A stretch of DNA of 62,384 bases, counting the filler, from Sphacelaria rigidula (lineage: Eukaryota): assembly GCA_964200075.2 (NCBI GenBank). It is 8 parts of 8 records of this genome, joined end to end, with 100 filler letters (N's around TTAATTAATTAA, not from the genome) between each part and the next. Parts side by side here need not be neighbours in the genome. Positions count along the whole stretch, not along the records: positions 1 to 7,711 come from CAXNAA020013711.1; positions 7,812 to 15,522 come from CAXNAA020013712.1; 6 more parts are not named here. One strand, given 5' to 3'. Shown piece by piece: positions 1 through 10,779 of the stretch. Positions within the stretch are counted from its first letter, which is position 1. Each line of letters begins with the position of its first letter. Both the position numbers and the translations under genes were made by a program. The notes under the pieces were generated by a model that worked only from the letters and a program-made list of their open reading frames with translations, did no database searches and had not been told where the DNA came from.

Positions 1-284
1 GGGATGGTCTGCGCCGTCTCGCTCTTTACGTCCGTATACGTGTTGCAAAAAAAAAAACAGAGACCATTGACTGCTCACCACGCCGCTGGAAGCGGGCGGT
101 CCTCTCCGCTCCGAAATCCCCGAGCTCCGGCAAGCTCTCGGCATTCAATTCCTCCTCACTGTCTGACGCGCTACTATCTGGTTACCCCGACAATTGTGGG
201 GGAATTGGGGGCAGGCGTCGGCTGGCGATGAAGACCATGTCAGCGGCCATGCACCGTGTTATCGGGCGCCAATGGAAATCTGTA

Positions 285-552
285 CACGATTGAAAGTGAA
301 AAGTGATCAATCAGTCACTGAATCGTATCAGTTCCAAAATGCCACTCCACGAGGCCCGATGTTATTTCGGTGGTGGTTCGCCACTGAGGCCCTTGATATC
401 CCTGAGTAGGATATCGACATGCAGCTGCAAGCACACGCTAGTGATGGAGGCAGAAAAAAGGACACACAAAATGAAAAAATTGCCAAGTTTAAGCGTATGG
501 CCAAAGAAGGCACTCTCGATTCGCGCTCTCTTCTCAATCTCGCGAAAACATT
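285..552. mobile_element. Degraded copy of the ~300-bp TA-flanked MITE (same family as 16797-17096)
   Basis: Aligns by eye along its length with 16830-17091 (e.g. cgccactgaggcccttgatat.cctgagtaggat, cacacgctagtgatggaggca). The left TIR is truncated. Confidence 0.75.
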
Positions 553-619
553 CTTGGCCCCAATCGAACAGACAGGGTAAATCGGTAACTACCGTTGGAG
601 TTGCACACCCGTATAGCCG

Positions 620-3600
620 CACACCCTCCCCACGTAACCTGCACGCCACCAACCTACCCTACTTGCGACACATGCCCTGCACCTGAGTCCGATTCCTCTT
701 CGTCCGATCGCCAGTCAGTCGCTTGCCGATTCCAACCCCCTGAGTCGCTGCTGCCACCTGCGAAACGCACGCATTGGCATATTTGCTGCTCAGTCAATGT
801 CTCCGACATTTCGGCGCGATTGCAGTCCTACTTCACATTTGTAACCGGTGACGGCGAACAGACACTGATCCTCAACTTCAATACTTTCGCCGGGTTTTGT
901 CGTCGTGCCCACATTCCTCTACTCCACGTTCAAATGTTGCACATAGTACTGGCATGGCGATAGTCCTTCGCACGTGACGCAGCATGGTCTTGAAGCCCAT
1001 GTTGTACATCGCCGGCAGGAAATCGCATCCGGCCAGGAAGTACAAACCACGAATAACACCCCTTTCGCCGCGTCCGACAGCCACGCTGGCGCCACGCCCA
1101 CCGCTGCGGCAGCACCCGCTGCCCATTCCTCGCTATTGCATACGGCCTCGTACACTTTATTCACGAGGGTGAACTCCTCCGCTCCCTGTATTTTCTTATT
1201 CCTAACCTGAACATCCACCTTGTTGGTTTCCCTCCACGGTATTGCACCGATCGCCATAGCCAACAATACATGCATTACTTGATCCGTGTCTATGGACGTA
1301 ACTATCCACTTGCGCAGGCCACGAACGGTCGCGTACTTCTCGTGGTGCGCAATCATGTGAGTCGTGGCCAGCTCCCCCTCACCGATGTGGGCGCCAGGCA
1401 TACGCCTCAGGCCCTCATGCCCCCAAACCAGCGTATCAGGTGCATCGCCGGGGTGACTGGCGGCAGTTCCCCCCTGCCCCACTCCTGTGGATTCTGCGCC
1501 GCTGCCACCACCAGAGACGCTGCTGCCGCCCGCTGCATGTCGCGGAAGTGCCATATCGGCGGCGCTCCTCCAACCCCGTCCGGCCATCCCCGGCTCGGTA
1601 CGGCCGAAAACCGCTGCTCCAGGTAGGACGCAGGAGGCCAGGCCGGGCCGCACGCCGGTGGCCTCGCCGTTTGAATACCGCCGCCCGGGACAACCTGCCG
1701 AAAGGCCTAAAGGCACGTTCACGCTACGCCCGCGGAGCACTTGGGGCGTGGGGGCCAGGGCGGCGCCGTCATAAGCCAGCCCATGTATCAGAGTGGTTCC
1801 CACGATGCCCCCGCAGATGGGGGGGCGGAGGGGGGTTACACCCTTCGCAGGTGTAGCCCCTCTCATATCACCATAGCCTGGCGGGATGTTTTCCGAGTCG
1901 GGCGCTGCAATCATGACAGGATGTCTATATGCTAGCGACGGTTGTTGTGGGTCCGCTGGTGCAGCTGTCGGCGGAGTTGCTTCTGGCGTTGGGAGGACAG
2001 GGTGCACCGGACGAGGCCAAGGTATACCGGTGAAGATGAATGTCGCGTCCCCTCTCCGGCCTTTGCCGTCCCTGTGCCCGACGAAGTAGTCGTGGATGGC
2101 GCGGCAATATCGTCCCTGTTATTGTGCGCCCGGAGATATGCCTGAAAGTCACCACCGGTCGGGATTTCATCGGAAGAGGCGGGTCGAACACACCATGTGA
2201 ACTGGCGAGGCCTGCCTTTCCGCCGGCTTGTTCTGCAGCTTTAATCGGCGGCACGAGCAGCGAGTAGTCGTAGCACAAACCGACGAAAGTGGCCCCCGAA
2301 CGCCGAATACTCGGTAAGGATTTTATCCCTGAACTCCGGCAGCAGCGCCACCGCACCGGCATCGAGGATGCTTGATGGGGGTGTACGATGGAGTTCCGTC
2401 GCCAAGTCGACAACAGAAGCGTGGACCGAGTCATGCGGCGACGGTTGGACGGCATCCGCGCACTCGCCGAGCATAAATTGTCGTATTCCCTTTGACTTGT
2501 TCGCTTTGCGGCCGCCCCCGTCGCCGGCGTGCGCCATCGCCAGAGGTAACACCGCACCGAGGCTGTGCTTGAGTATCGCCAGTTCCTCCGCCGTTCGCAC
2601 GCGCGCACTGCTCGGGATATCGACCAGGATAGCGTAATATCCCTTGCTCGGGGAAAATGGTCTTCTTCAGCCGTCCTCCATGCGGACCCCCCTTTGGCAC
2701 CACCTTGAGAACCTCGTCCCACCTTTCTGACGATATTTTCTTCGCCGCCAACACTTTCTTCTGGTCCTCCGCGCTCGCCACCCTTAGGTTGAAGGAATTC
2801 AAGTTGTCTGCTCCATCCTCGGAGAAGACGGTGCACTTTCGCACGAATGGCAAGACCTTCTCTACCGCCTCCGCCCTGTCCCTGATTACTTCCGCCGTGG
2901 TGGCGCGCTCCTTCGGAGTTGGATACAGCTGGTCGTCCACTGCGTCCACGGCTGCTTGCAGGCTCTTGCAGATCGGAGCCAGCTTCCTTATAAAGCCGGG
3001 GGTGATTCTGCCGATCGCTGATTTCACCACCTTATTGGTCATCTCCTGGTACTCGTCGAGGGCGACGTTGTGATGTTCTCGCCCACCGAAACTGACAGAG
3101 AATAATGTCCCCGCCGCGCGAAAGTCCCCGTCCGTCATCCTTGTGACATAGGAGATGCGAGTTGCGCACAGACTCTGGTATCGCAGTTTCTGCGTGAGGG
3201 TGAAGATGGGCGCCGCCTCTCTCAGTGCGCAGTCCTCAGGGCGTAATCCCTAACCCATGTCCCCATCCGGAACCCCAGATATGCCGGGTAGTGATCCAGG
3301 AGGAACGGCAGCCAAAATATCAGGGTCACATGGTTGCAGGCCCGTTCCCGGAGCCACGGCACCACGTCTTCTCCCTCACGGCTGGCATCAACACCCTTCT
3401 ACGCCTCGTGTATCTCGATGATCACACATCACATGGCTTCGAACGTGACAGTGAGGAAGCGATGACTCCTCCGGTGTTTCTTCCCCGCCCCCGCGTGCCT
3501 GTCATCGCCACCGAGCAATTTCGCAATGCTCTCGATCCCTGCCCCCCAATACAACTCCAGCAGAGCCTGCCACAGATGGAGCATAAGATGTCACCCGCCA

Positions 3601-4628
3601 GAGTGGGGCAGAATGTTGCGCCATCTGGTGGGGTTCGAAGCCATGGCGTTCACCATGAAACTGTACGTCTCCTCATCCCCCTCGATCAAAACCACCCGGC
3701 CCTTCTCGCCCTCGGTGTGGAAAATCCACAGGATCCGTACCAGTGTCTTCTCGTTGTCAGCTTCGCACTTTGTCGAGCCAGACTGGACGAGGAGATTTTT
3801 CGACACGAGGTCGTGCCCCCCGTGATCCAACTTCACCAATTCGGCCTCCAGGCATGATCGCCTAGGGCCATATGTCTTCCGGTATCCAGGGCTCCGCGCT
3901 AACGTAGAAGCTATCAGGGTACTCCACGTCTACATATTTTTTCCGTGTTCGGCACGCTCCCGACCTCGCTTCAGCAAGTCGAGTGTCAGTTCTGCGATTT
4001 TCATCCACGAATCCTTGCTGCCCAAAGTAGCAGGTGCGTCCAGCGGGAGCCGGTGGTGATGCGCGGTGGCCCCTATGAATGAGCAGTGTTCCGCGGAGAT
4101 GTATTTAGCGACGGGGTCGCAGTCGTTGTTGTCGAATGCTGCTGACACGCCGATGTTGCGGTCAGCCGGGATGAGGTCCTCATCCTTCCTAGTCGCCACT
4201 ACATTCTCGTGCGTCCACCTCTGCTTGTCAGACATGCAAATCTTTAGCACCGACAGCAGGCGCGTAATCTTCTCCCCCGCCCCATGCGATTTCAAGGCCT
4301 GGGACAACTGCATGTAGTGCTCGGGCATGAAGGAGTCTCCAATAACCTTCTTCGCCATCATCATACCCAACATATAAGTGAACACGGCGTCATCAGAACA
4401 TTGATCGGCACCCGCATCGGTTTCCCGCGTGGCGGCGTCCAAGTTTATCCTGAACACCGAGGCGATGAACGTCTTGAGCTCAACTGGGAAGGTGTCACGG
4501 ACGTACCTCTTCACATCGGGAGTCCGCATGCCGGCGGCAGAGGCCTCACCTGTACTCAAGGGTGTTTGCGCCCATTTCGCACACAGGTACATGCTCGTGC
4601 GCAACATACCCGCCGCCGTCTTTATCAC
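620..4628 (-). mobile_element. Decayed Academ (AcademX-like) DNA transposon coding region: DDE transposase followed by XPG/PIN-H3TH nuclease
   Basis: Collinear minus-strand ORF pieces (3930-4628, 3591-3839, 2431-3138, 2241-2600, 919-2007, 878-1126) broken by stops and frameshifts. Transposase motifs in order: MPEHYMQLSQAL...LKICMS, AAFDNND, EGDEETY, P..GG*HLM (TGA at 3593-3591), GKKHRRSHRF...EA, PIFTLTQKLRYQSL..RISY..RM, DEYQEMTNKVVK. Nuclease motifs follow: PLAM..GDG..RKANKS, VVD, YDY...PIK..EQ, GEGE, SIDTD, FLAGCDFLP. A degenerate Cys-rich tail lies near 620-680. Termini and TIRs were not identified. Confidence 0.7.
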
Positions 4629-5572
4629 TTGAAATCAGTGTCTGTACTGTGAAAATGAACCCGTACCTATGGACCCACCGCCTTTTCGCCCGCAGCGTTA
4701 TTATTATTATCTATTATCATCATGTCCGTCACATTAGCCCGATCTCTCGAACCTGTGGTCACAGAGAGCAAGGAGCATACCACCCATGCCCATAAATCAA
4801 ACAACCCGCGGAGGAAGGCAAGAAACAAAACATCTACACGAAAAAGGGTACCTACACTACTATAGATCCGTTTAAGACCGATTGAGCCACAGGAGACTTA
4901 CTGGAATCCAAAAGTCCCCGCGTGCGATCTCTCCGACTACCTTGCCACGTACTGGTGTATACACAGTAGTAACAGCCTCACTATTATACTATGAAATAGC
5001 ACAGTATCGCCCCTATTGACTGTATTGACTGCTGGTATTGTTTCATACTCGTCGTGCCCGCCACCGATCGTGAACTCCGTGATATTCTGTGTACCTAGAC
5101 TGTTGCTACCGCACTACTGACTGTCATGTGAGTTTCCTCCGTGCGGTATGGCAGAAACCTTACTGCTGCACACTACACCGCTCAGCTGTTGTGACACTAC
5201 TACTATGTATACCAAGCAGCGGAGGGCTGAAGTAAGGGTTGATACGCCTGTCGTTTCGACCCCTATTATAGCAGTAGCTGCTGCGTGTGTGTGTGTGTGT
5301 TGTGTTGCCATCCCATCTATTCTGTACCTCGACGAGATTACGTGTTGGTTTACCGCAGGTAGCATAGACACAACATTCAAATGATGACCACCACCACCAT
5401 CTCCACGCAGGCTAGATGATGGCCTTGGATGTACAAACCCCCAGGAAATTCTCGTAGAATATATGGTGGGATTTTGAAGAAAAAACTTGTCTGAAAAAAG
5501 TCACCGGGAAAGTCGTCCGCCCGGAAAAAAAAACAGTAATTTTCTTCAGTCTACTAAGAAGCGGCCCAAGGG

Positions 5573-5664
5573 TTGACTCTTTGACCGCAAGGGTAGGTGA
5601 TCTGTTGAATCGGCGTCATTTTCCTTATTCAATAGATCACATACCCTCGCGGTCAAAGAGTTGA
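5573..5664. mobile_element. Short palindromic variant of the piggyBac-like MITE
   Basis: TIRs ctctttgaccgc...gcggtcaaagag, flanked by TTGA on both sides. Internal gtaggtgatctgttgaatcggc is shared with the other copies. Confidence 0.65.
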
Positions 5665-6356
5665 GTGGCGTGCAGTCAGAGCGTCGATTATTCCACTGGC
5701 TGTTTCTCAGATGTATTTTATCGACGCGTGGACCGAGGTGTTTTTGAAGAGCATTTTCTGTTTGACGAACGATTTGCTGTCTCTTCAACCTGCCAGAGTC
5801 ATCTTTGTCCGTCCATCTTTCGGCTTAAAGAATGAAATGTGTGTATCACGAATGGAAATTATTTCTTTTGTCACTGACCACCGTGTCCAAAGCAAGGCGG
5901 TCTTTACCCCCCAGATGGGCGCGAACAAGCGGTGCTTGACGCAAACTTTGTTTTTGTGAGACCATATTGCTGACGCTAACCCTTACTCCAACCAAAACTC
6001 GAGACAGACTGAGAAATCTTCGGGCATGATCCGTGCAAACCGCTCTCCCTAGGCAATGACTCTAAAATCGGCACCTGAGACGCCACTTATTGGACAACAC
6101 AAGTGCCGTGCACTGGGGTTGGAGCTGTGAACCCCGTTAAAAATCCAAATATGATGCTTCACACCAGCACCAAGTACATATTTAACCACGGTTTATTTCC
6201 ACGCAACTGGGATCAACTATATTGGTCCAAGCATTCGTATGTTTCGATTTGTATAGATGAGGGCGGGCGGCCGGGGGTTATTCCCACCTGCAACAGAGTT
6301 GCCCCTCGAAAGATATGTCGTCAGCCCAAAGTATACGTCCAGCACAAAACGGAGTT

Positions 6357-6460
6357 TTAACCTTTTAGACGGCGAGAGTAGGTCTCTGTTGAATCGGCAT
6401 CAATTTCACTTGAGAGAAGTATGCATGATCCAGATGGTCTATATCAGGGGTCCAAGGGTT
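6357..6460 (-). mobile_element. ~100-bp piggyBac-like MITE
   Basis: ttaa-ccttttagacggcg...gtccaagggtt; reverse complement of 6743-6848. Confidence 0.7.
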
Positions 6461-6742
6461 GGAGGATGTGTGTCGGCCACTTGTACACACTGTGCTGAGG
6501 CCGCTTCTTTTAGTCTGAAAAAAGACACTGACAAAAGTCGTTTTGGACAGTGTTCAGAGATTCTATGCAGAACACGACCTGGTAGGGCCGGTTTTCCATG
6601 AAATAACTCTGTAGAAACGGCGCGATTTGTTCGGAGAGCGAATGCTTTTTCAAATCTGTCGAAGAGAAACGGGCTTCTCCGGAAAAAATCACGGAGAAAA
6701 GGCGTCCGCCCCCGAACCTCTTCCAGTAACTTTTTTTCAAAC

Positions 6743-6848
6743 TTAACCCTTGGACCGCGAACGTAGTCCATCTGGACTCTGCCTACTTTTTTCAAGTGAA
6801 ATTGATGCCGACTCAACAGATGACCTGCTCTCGCTGTCCAAGGATTAA
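6743..6848 (+). mobile_element. ~100-bp piggyBac-like MITE
   Basis: TTAA-cccttggaccgcga...tcgctgtccaagga-TTAA: TIRs beginning CCCT with TTAA at both ends. Confidence 0.8.
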
Positions 6849-7644
6849 AGAAGCGGCCTTAAGGCATGTGCGTTATTATCCCGTAACTTGCGTGCACGAC
6901 CCCTTCTGCACGAATGGAGAATAGTTTAGTACTACATGTACAACATTGTGCTAACTTCGTCCTAGGAAAGACTCCTTGCGCAATGTTCTGATAAGGTCTT
7001 GCCCTCGCTGAAGTAGCTTCATTCGCCCTCTTGTGCAGGTTTTTTTTCTTCCCCTGTGCAAAATGAGTCCTGTACAAATGAGTACGCCCCCCCCCCCCCT
7101 GTGCAAAATGTCGGCCCGGTTGGGACATTATGAAGAAGCGAAAATAAGATGCAAAAAAATCCCCGTGCACAGGTGTAGGGTTCTATTATAGTTAAAGTAG
7201 TCCGTGCTGGTTTTGAGTCTCCTTCTTTCGTGTTTTTTTTCTTTTTTGCTTTGTGAAACACCACTCTAGGTTGTGTTAGCGAAAAAGCCAGAACAGGCCG
7301 CCATTAACAGCAACAACGGCAACATAAACGTTGCGCGGCGTCCCAACGTGGCCCAAGGATTGTCGGACGCGGAAGAACAGATACCCGGACGTCGGTGGAA
7401 TTATCAGCAAAAATTCGACCCCCAAATGCTCATCAAGGCGGTGGAGTGGGTGTCCTCCGTGTTCATGCTCCCGGTTGGAGAGTGCGAAAAGTAAGGAGTC
7501 GCTTATATTATCTTCTCTTGTATTGTGTTTCTCCAGTTTGCGATGTGTCATTTTTTTCAAGGGCAGGTCGAATAGAGTGTACTCCATTGCGCGGTATTTT
7601 GAAAGACGTACTTGAGGTACTCAAATTGGGGTAGAGTGTTAAGA

Positions 7645-7711
7645 GTGTGTATGTGTGTGTTGTCGTCCCATCTATTCTGGACGCCGGTTTACGCCTTTCG
7701 GTATATGTAGA
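7645..7711 (-). mobile_element. 3' tail of SINE family 1, cut by the contig end
   Basis: gtgttgtcgtcccatctattctggacgccggtttac matches 18560-18600. A smaller remnant lies at ~5285-5325. Confidence 0.7.
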
Positions 7712-7811
7712 NNNNNNNNNNNNNNNNNNNNNNNNNNNNNNNNNNNNNNNNNNNNTTAATTAATTAANNNNNNNNNNNNNNNNNNNNNNNNNNNNNNNNN
7801 NNNNNNNNNNN
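7712..7811. other. Artificial contig linker N44-TTAATTAATTAA-N44 (also 15523-15622, 23334-23433, 31145-31244, 38955-39054, 46765-46864, 54575-54674)
   Basis: Seven identical 100-nt spacers carrying six-frame stops. The segments between them are 7711, 7711, 7711, 7711, 7710, 7710, 7710 and 7710 bp. Confidence 0.98.
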
Positions 7812-7959
7812 CTCCTGCTAAGAGTGTTCGGCCCGAAGCCTACTGATTATCTTCCATTTGGATGACAGCCAACAATGAGTTGCTTTATTTAGTGGTATCG
7901 CAACTTCCAGAGACGGCCACGGCTTTTACACTGCCTCATGGGTGTCTAACCTAGATAGG

Positions 7960-9840
7960 CAGCAGGGGCAGACTAAAGAGTGAATGGATTTCTCAAGTAT
8001 GGGGGAGAGGGAATGATTGCCACGATGATTATGCTGTATAACTGGATCTGCGAAAATGAGTACACACCCAAGAGGTGGGGAAAAGGAGTAGTTGTCATGC
8101 TTTTAAAAGAAGGAGACAGGGCTGACCCAAGAAACTATAGAGGGATAACGCTACTAAGCACGGCAGGGAAAACATGCTGTAATATTCTGAACGATAGAGT
8201 AGGAACGATGCAAGAAAAGGACGAAGTAATCAGCGAGGAACAAGCAGGATTTAGACCACACTGTAGTTGCGTAAAACATGTGTACGCATGAGGGACGATT
8301 ATTCAGGGTAGGAAAGGCATCAGGCTGACAAGGTACTGTTTCTTTCTGGACGTGAGAAAGGCTCATGGCACAGTATGGAGAAATGGGTTACGGAAAACGT
8401 TGCGGGAATCTGGGATCAGAGGAAAGGTGTGGAGAACGGTGAAGATGACAGAATGTGCCAAAAATGATATGTTGCAAGACGGAGCAATATGGAAATATTT
8501 CGATATTTCACAAGGAGTTGCACAAGGATGTACGTCATCACCCACCGTTTCAAGGTATTTATTAAAGACCTGATAATAGCGATAGAAGCAGCAAATCAAG
8601 AAGTCAAGGTGGGTGGAGATATGGTATCAGGATCGATGTTCGCAAATGATTTTGTGGGGATTTCAGAAACACCAGAAGGACTACAGACACAGATAGACAA
8701 AAGGCTCTACAATACACTAGGAAACGGAGAGTGACAGCAAACGTCAACAAATGTGTGGCACTCGCGTGCAACGAAGGCAAGAAAAATCCGGTAGAGTTCA
8801 AATGGGAGTGGGGAGAAGAGGAACTGCCGATCGTAGACCAGTACACATATACCCTAGCGTAGAGATCTCAAGAAACTGTTCTTGGGATGCACACATGAAC
8901 AAAGTAATAGAAGAAGGTGAAAAGACAGGCAGGTTGAACGTGATTCTCAGAGACCCGCGCCTAGACACTAGAATCAAGAGACGAATCCTGATGAACGTGA
9001 TCGTACCAAAGCTGGAATAAGCAGGAGAAGTATGGGAGGGGAACGCGAAGTTGGTGGAGAGGTTGGAAACAGTAAAGATGGCAGTAGCTGAGAAAATACT
9101 TGGATGCTCGAAAACGACGAAAAATACAGCTTTGAGAGCAGTGTTGGGAATGTACTCACAAGACAAAGAGACATGAGGACAATGAGATGGTAATATAGCG
9201 TAAAGAACGTGCAGAGAAAGAGATTGCCAGCTATAGTGAATAGGGCTGTATGGAGGAAAAGTACGAACGGGCAGGCTTGAATAAGGTAGGATAAAGAAGT
9301 CGAGAAACTGTGGAAGGAGATAGGAGGAAACCAAGACGAAATACTGTCCATAGGTGAAGGCGCGGCATACAAGACGAAGGTAAAAGAAATAAAAATAAAA
9401 AAGGAAAAAGGAGCTCACACGCAAATTAGACGAGGAAGAACGCTTGAAGATATACGGGGGGTTGAGAGAGGGGATCGGGATGAAAACATCTCTGCATGGC
9501 CCAATGGACGCTGCGAAAAGAAAGAGATATACAAGTAGTCGTGTGGCGGAGGAAGTAGATGCATAGAATTGCCCCTGTGGCAGAGCAATAGAGAGCAGAG
9601 CTTATATAGTGGCAGAATGAGAGCTATACAAGGAGGAACGGGACGTGCTAGAGAGGGAAAGGAGGGACGTGGACGAAGGTGGAATTAAATCGCTCGATGC
9701 ATTAGACAATAGGGAGAAAAAAATGGCTATACGAGGAAATAAATGGTGGCCACAGACGGCGAATCAGGGCGGGGATAAGCGATGTAAAAGGTTCTTGTGT
9801 ACTGTAGTGTATGCAAGAAATGTCGTGAAGACCTAAATTT
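7960..9840 (+). mobile_element. Non-LTR retrotransposon (LINE) ORF2 reverse transcriptase, 5'-truncated pseudogene
   Basis: RT motifs NYRGITLLS..GK, ISEEQAGFRP, FLDVRKAHGTVWR, GVAQGCTSSP and MFANDFVG (YADD-like), spread over frameshifted ORFs. A C-terminal CPCG..IES zinc-knuckle remnant lies near 9570-9620. Many stops. Confidence 0.92.
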
Positions 9841-10522
9841 TGGAGGTGTCTCTAATAGGAGCAGGAACGGTGCTCCGTCTTTGGATGTGCCTCTATTAAG
9901 TCTAGGAACGGTGCTCCGTCTCCAGGACTCATCATCTGCCTAGCCCTGTTTCCGGGCATGAAGCGACGGAGAAGAGCCCAGAAGGCAGTTTTTCAACATG
10001 AGTTTTCTCCAAACCCATAAGAACTGGTCTTAGTTCGTGTCACGGCAAGACAGGGAAATATCGAGCAAAAGAAAGGGAGCAAAACAAGCACGTTGATAGA
10101 TCGCTGCGATACCCCTCCCAACTCCCTATCCCACACAAAAAAATGGAGAAAAATCGGCGGCAGGTTAATATGACAGTACGGCCGTAAGCAGTGCACCGGG
10201 GCAGTGTGGATGTCATGTGCGCAACAGGCCTTGTGGGGTTCTCCTCGAACTGATCAGATATATCGTTCGTTTCTGACTGACTACAGTAGATGAGCCGCAT
10301 CTGTTCCCACGACATGCTTCTCGTTTTTCATAATTGTGCATGAGTATGCTTTTCACGCTAGACATTTTCCACCTACTACGCCATCATGTTGCAGAGGCCG
10401 TTTTTTTTTCGTTTTTTCATTCAGTCTACTCTGTCCGTTCCACCTTTGTGTTCCTCTTTACTTTTTTTCAGCTTGTGTTTTGGTTTGTGTTTTATCTCGG
10501 GCACGTCTATCATGTGACTAAT

Positions 10523-10585
10523 GACTAAGGCTGGATCCCTGGAGGGTGAGTTGATGTGCGACAATCAATTAATCACTCAATCAAT
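10523..10585 (+). repeat. Retroposon-like 3' terminus ending in (CAAT)n (related copies at 51661-51720 and 33736-33792)
   Basis: gacta.ggctggatccctggag...gtgcgaca.tcaa followed by caat repeats, recurring in three contigs. This copy lies downstream of the LINE. Confidence 0.55.
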
Positions 10586-10779
10586 CGATGACCTTTGCCG
10601 CCACACCGTGGCGGTCGGCCTTGGCTTGGAGTATGCGTTTCGGACGTTCGTCAACCCCGGTTTCCCCAGGGATCGAACTGTCGAGATCCACTGTCCATGA
10701 CCGCAGCTAGCCTACTATCAGCCGCTCGATTGAGAGACTTGGATGTTTTCCGCGTGATGTGCTCTCGGCCGCTTTGAAG

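Noticed and set aside
878-1430. Host XRN or FEN1 gene
   Set aside because: It is collinear with an upstream transposase-like frame and is disrupted, so it is better explained as part of the element.
7756-7767. Periodic TTAATTAATTAA motif every ~7.8 kb
   Set aside because: It is embedded in N runs and is an assembly linker with six-frame stops, not biology.
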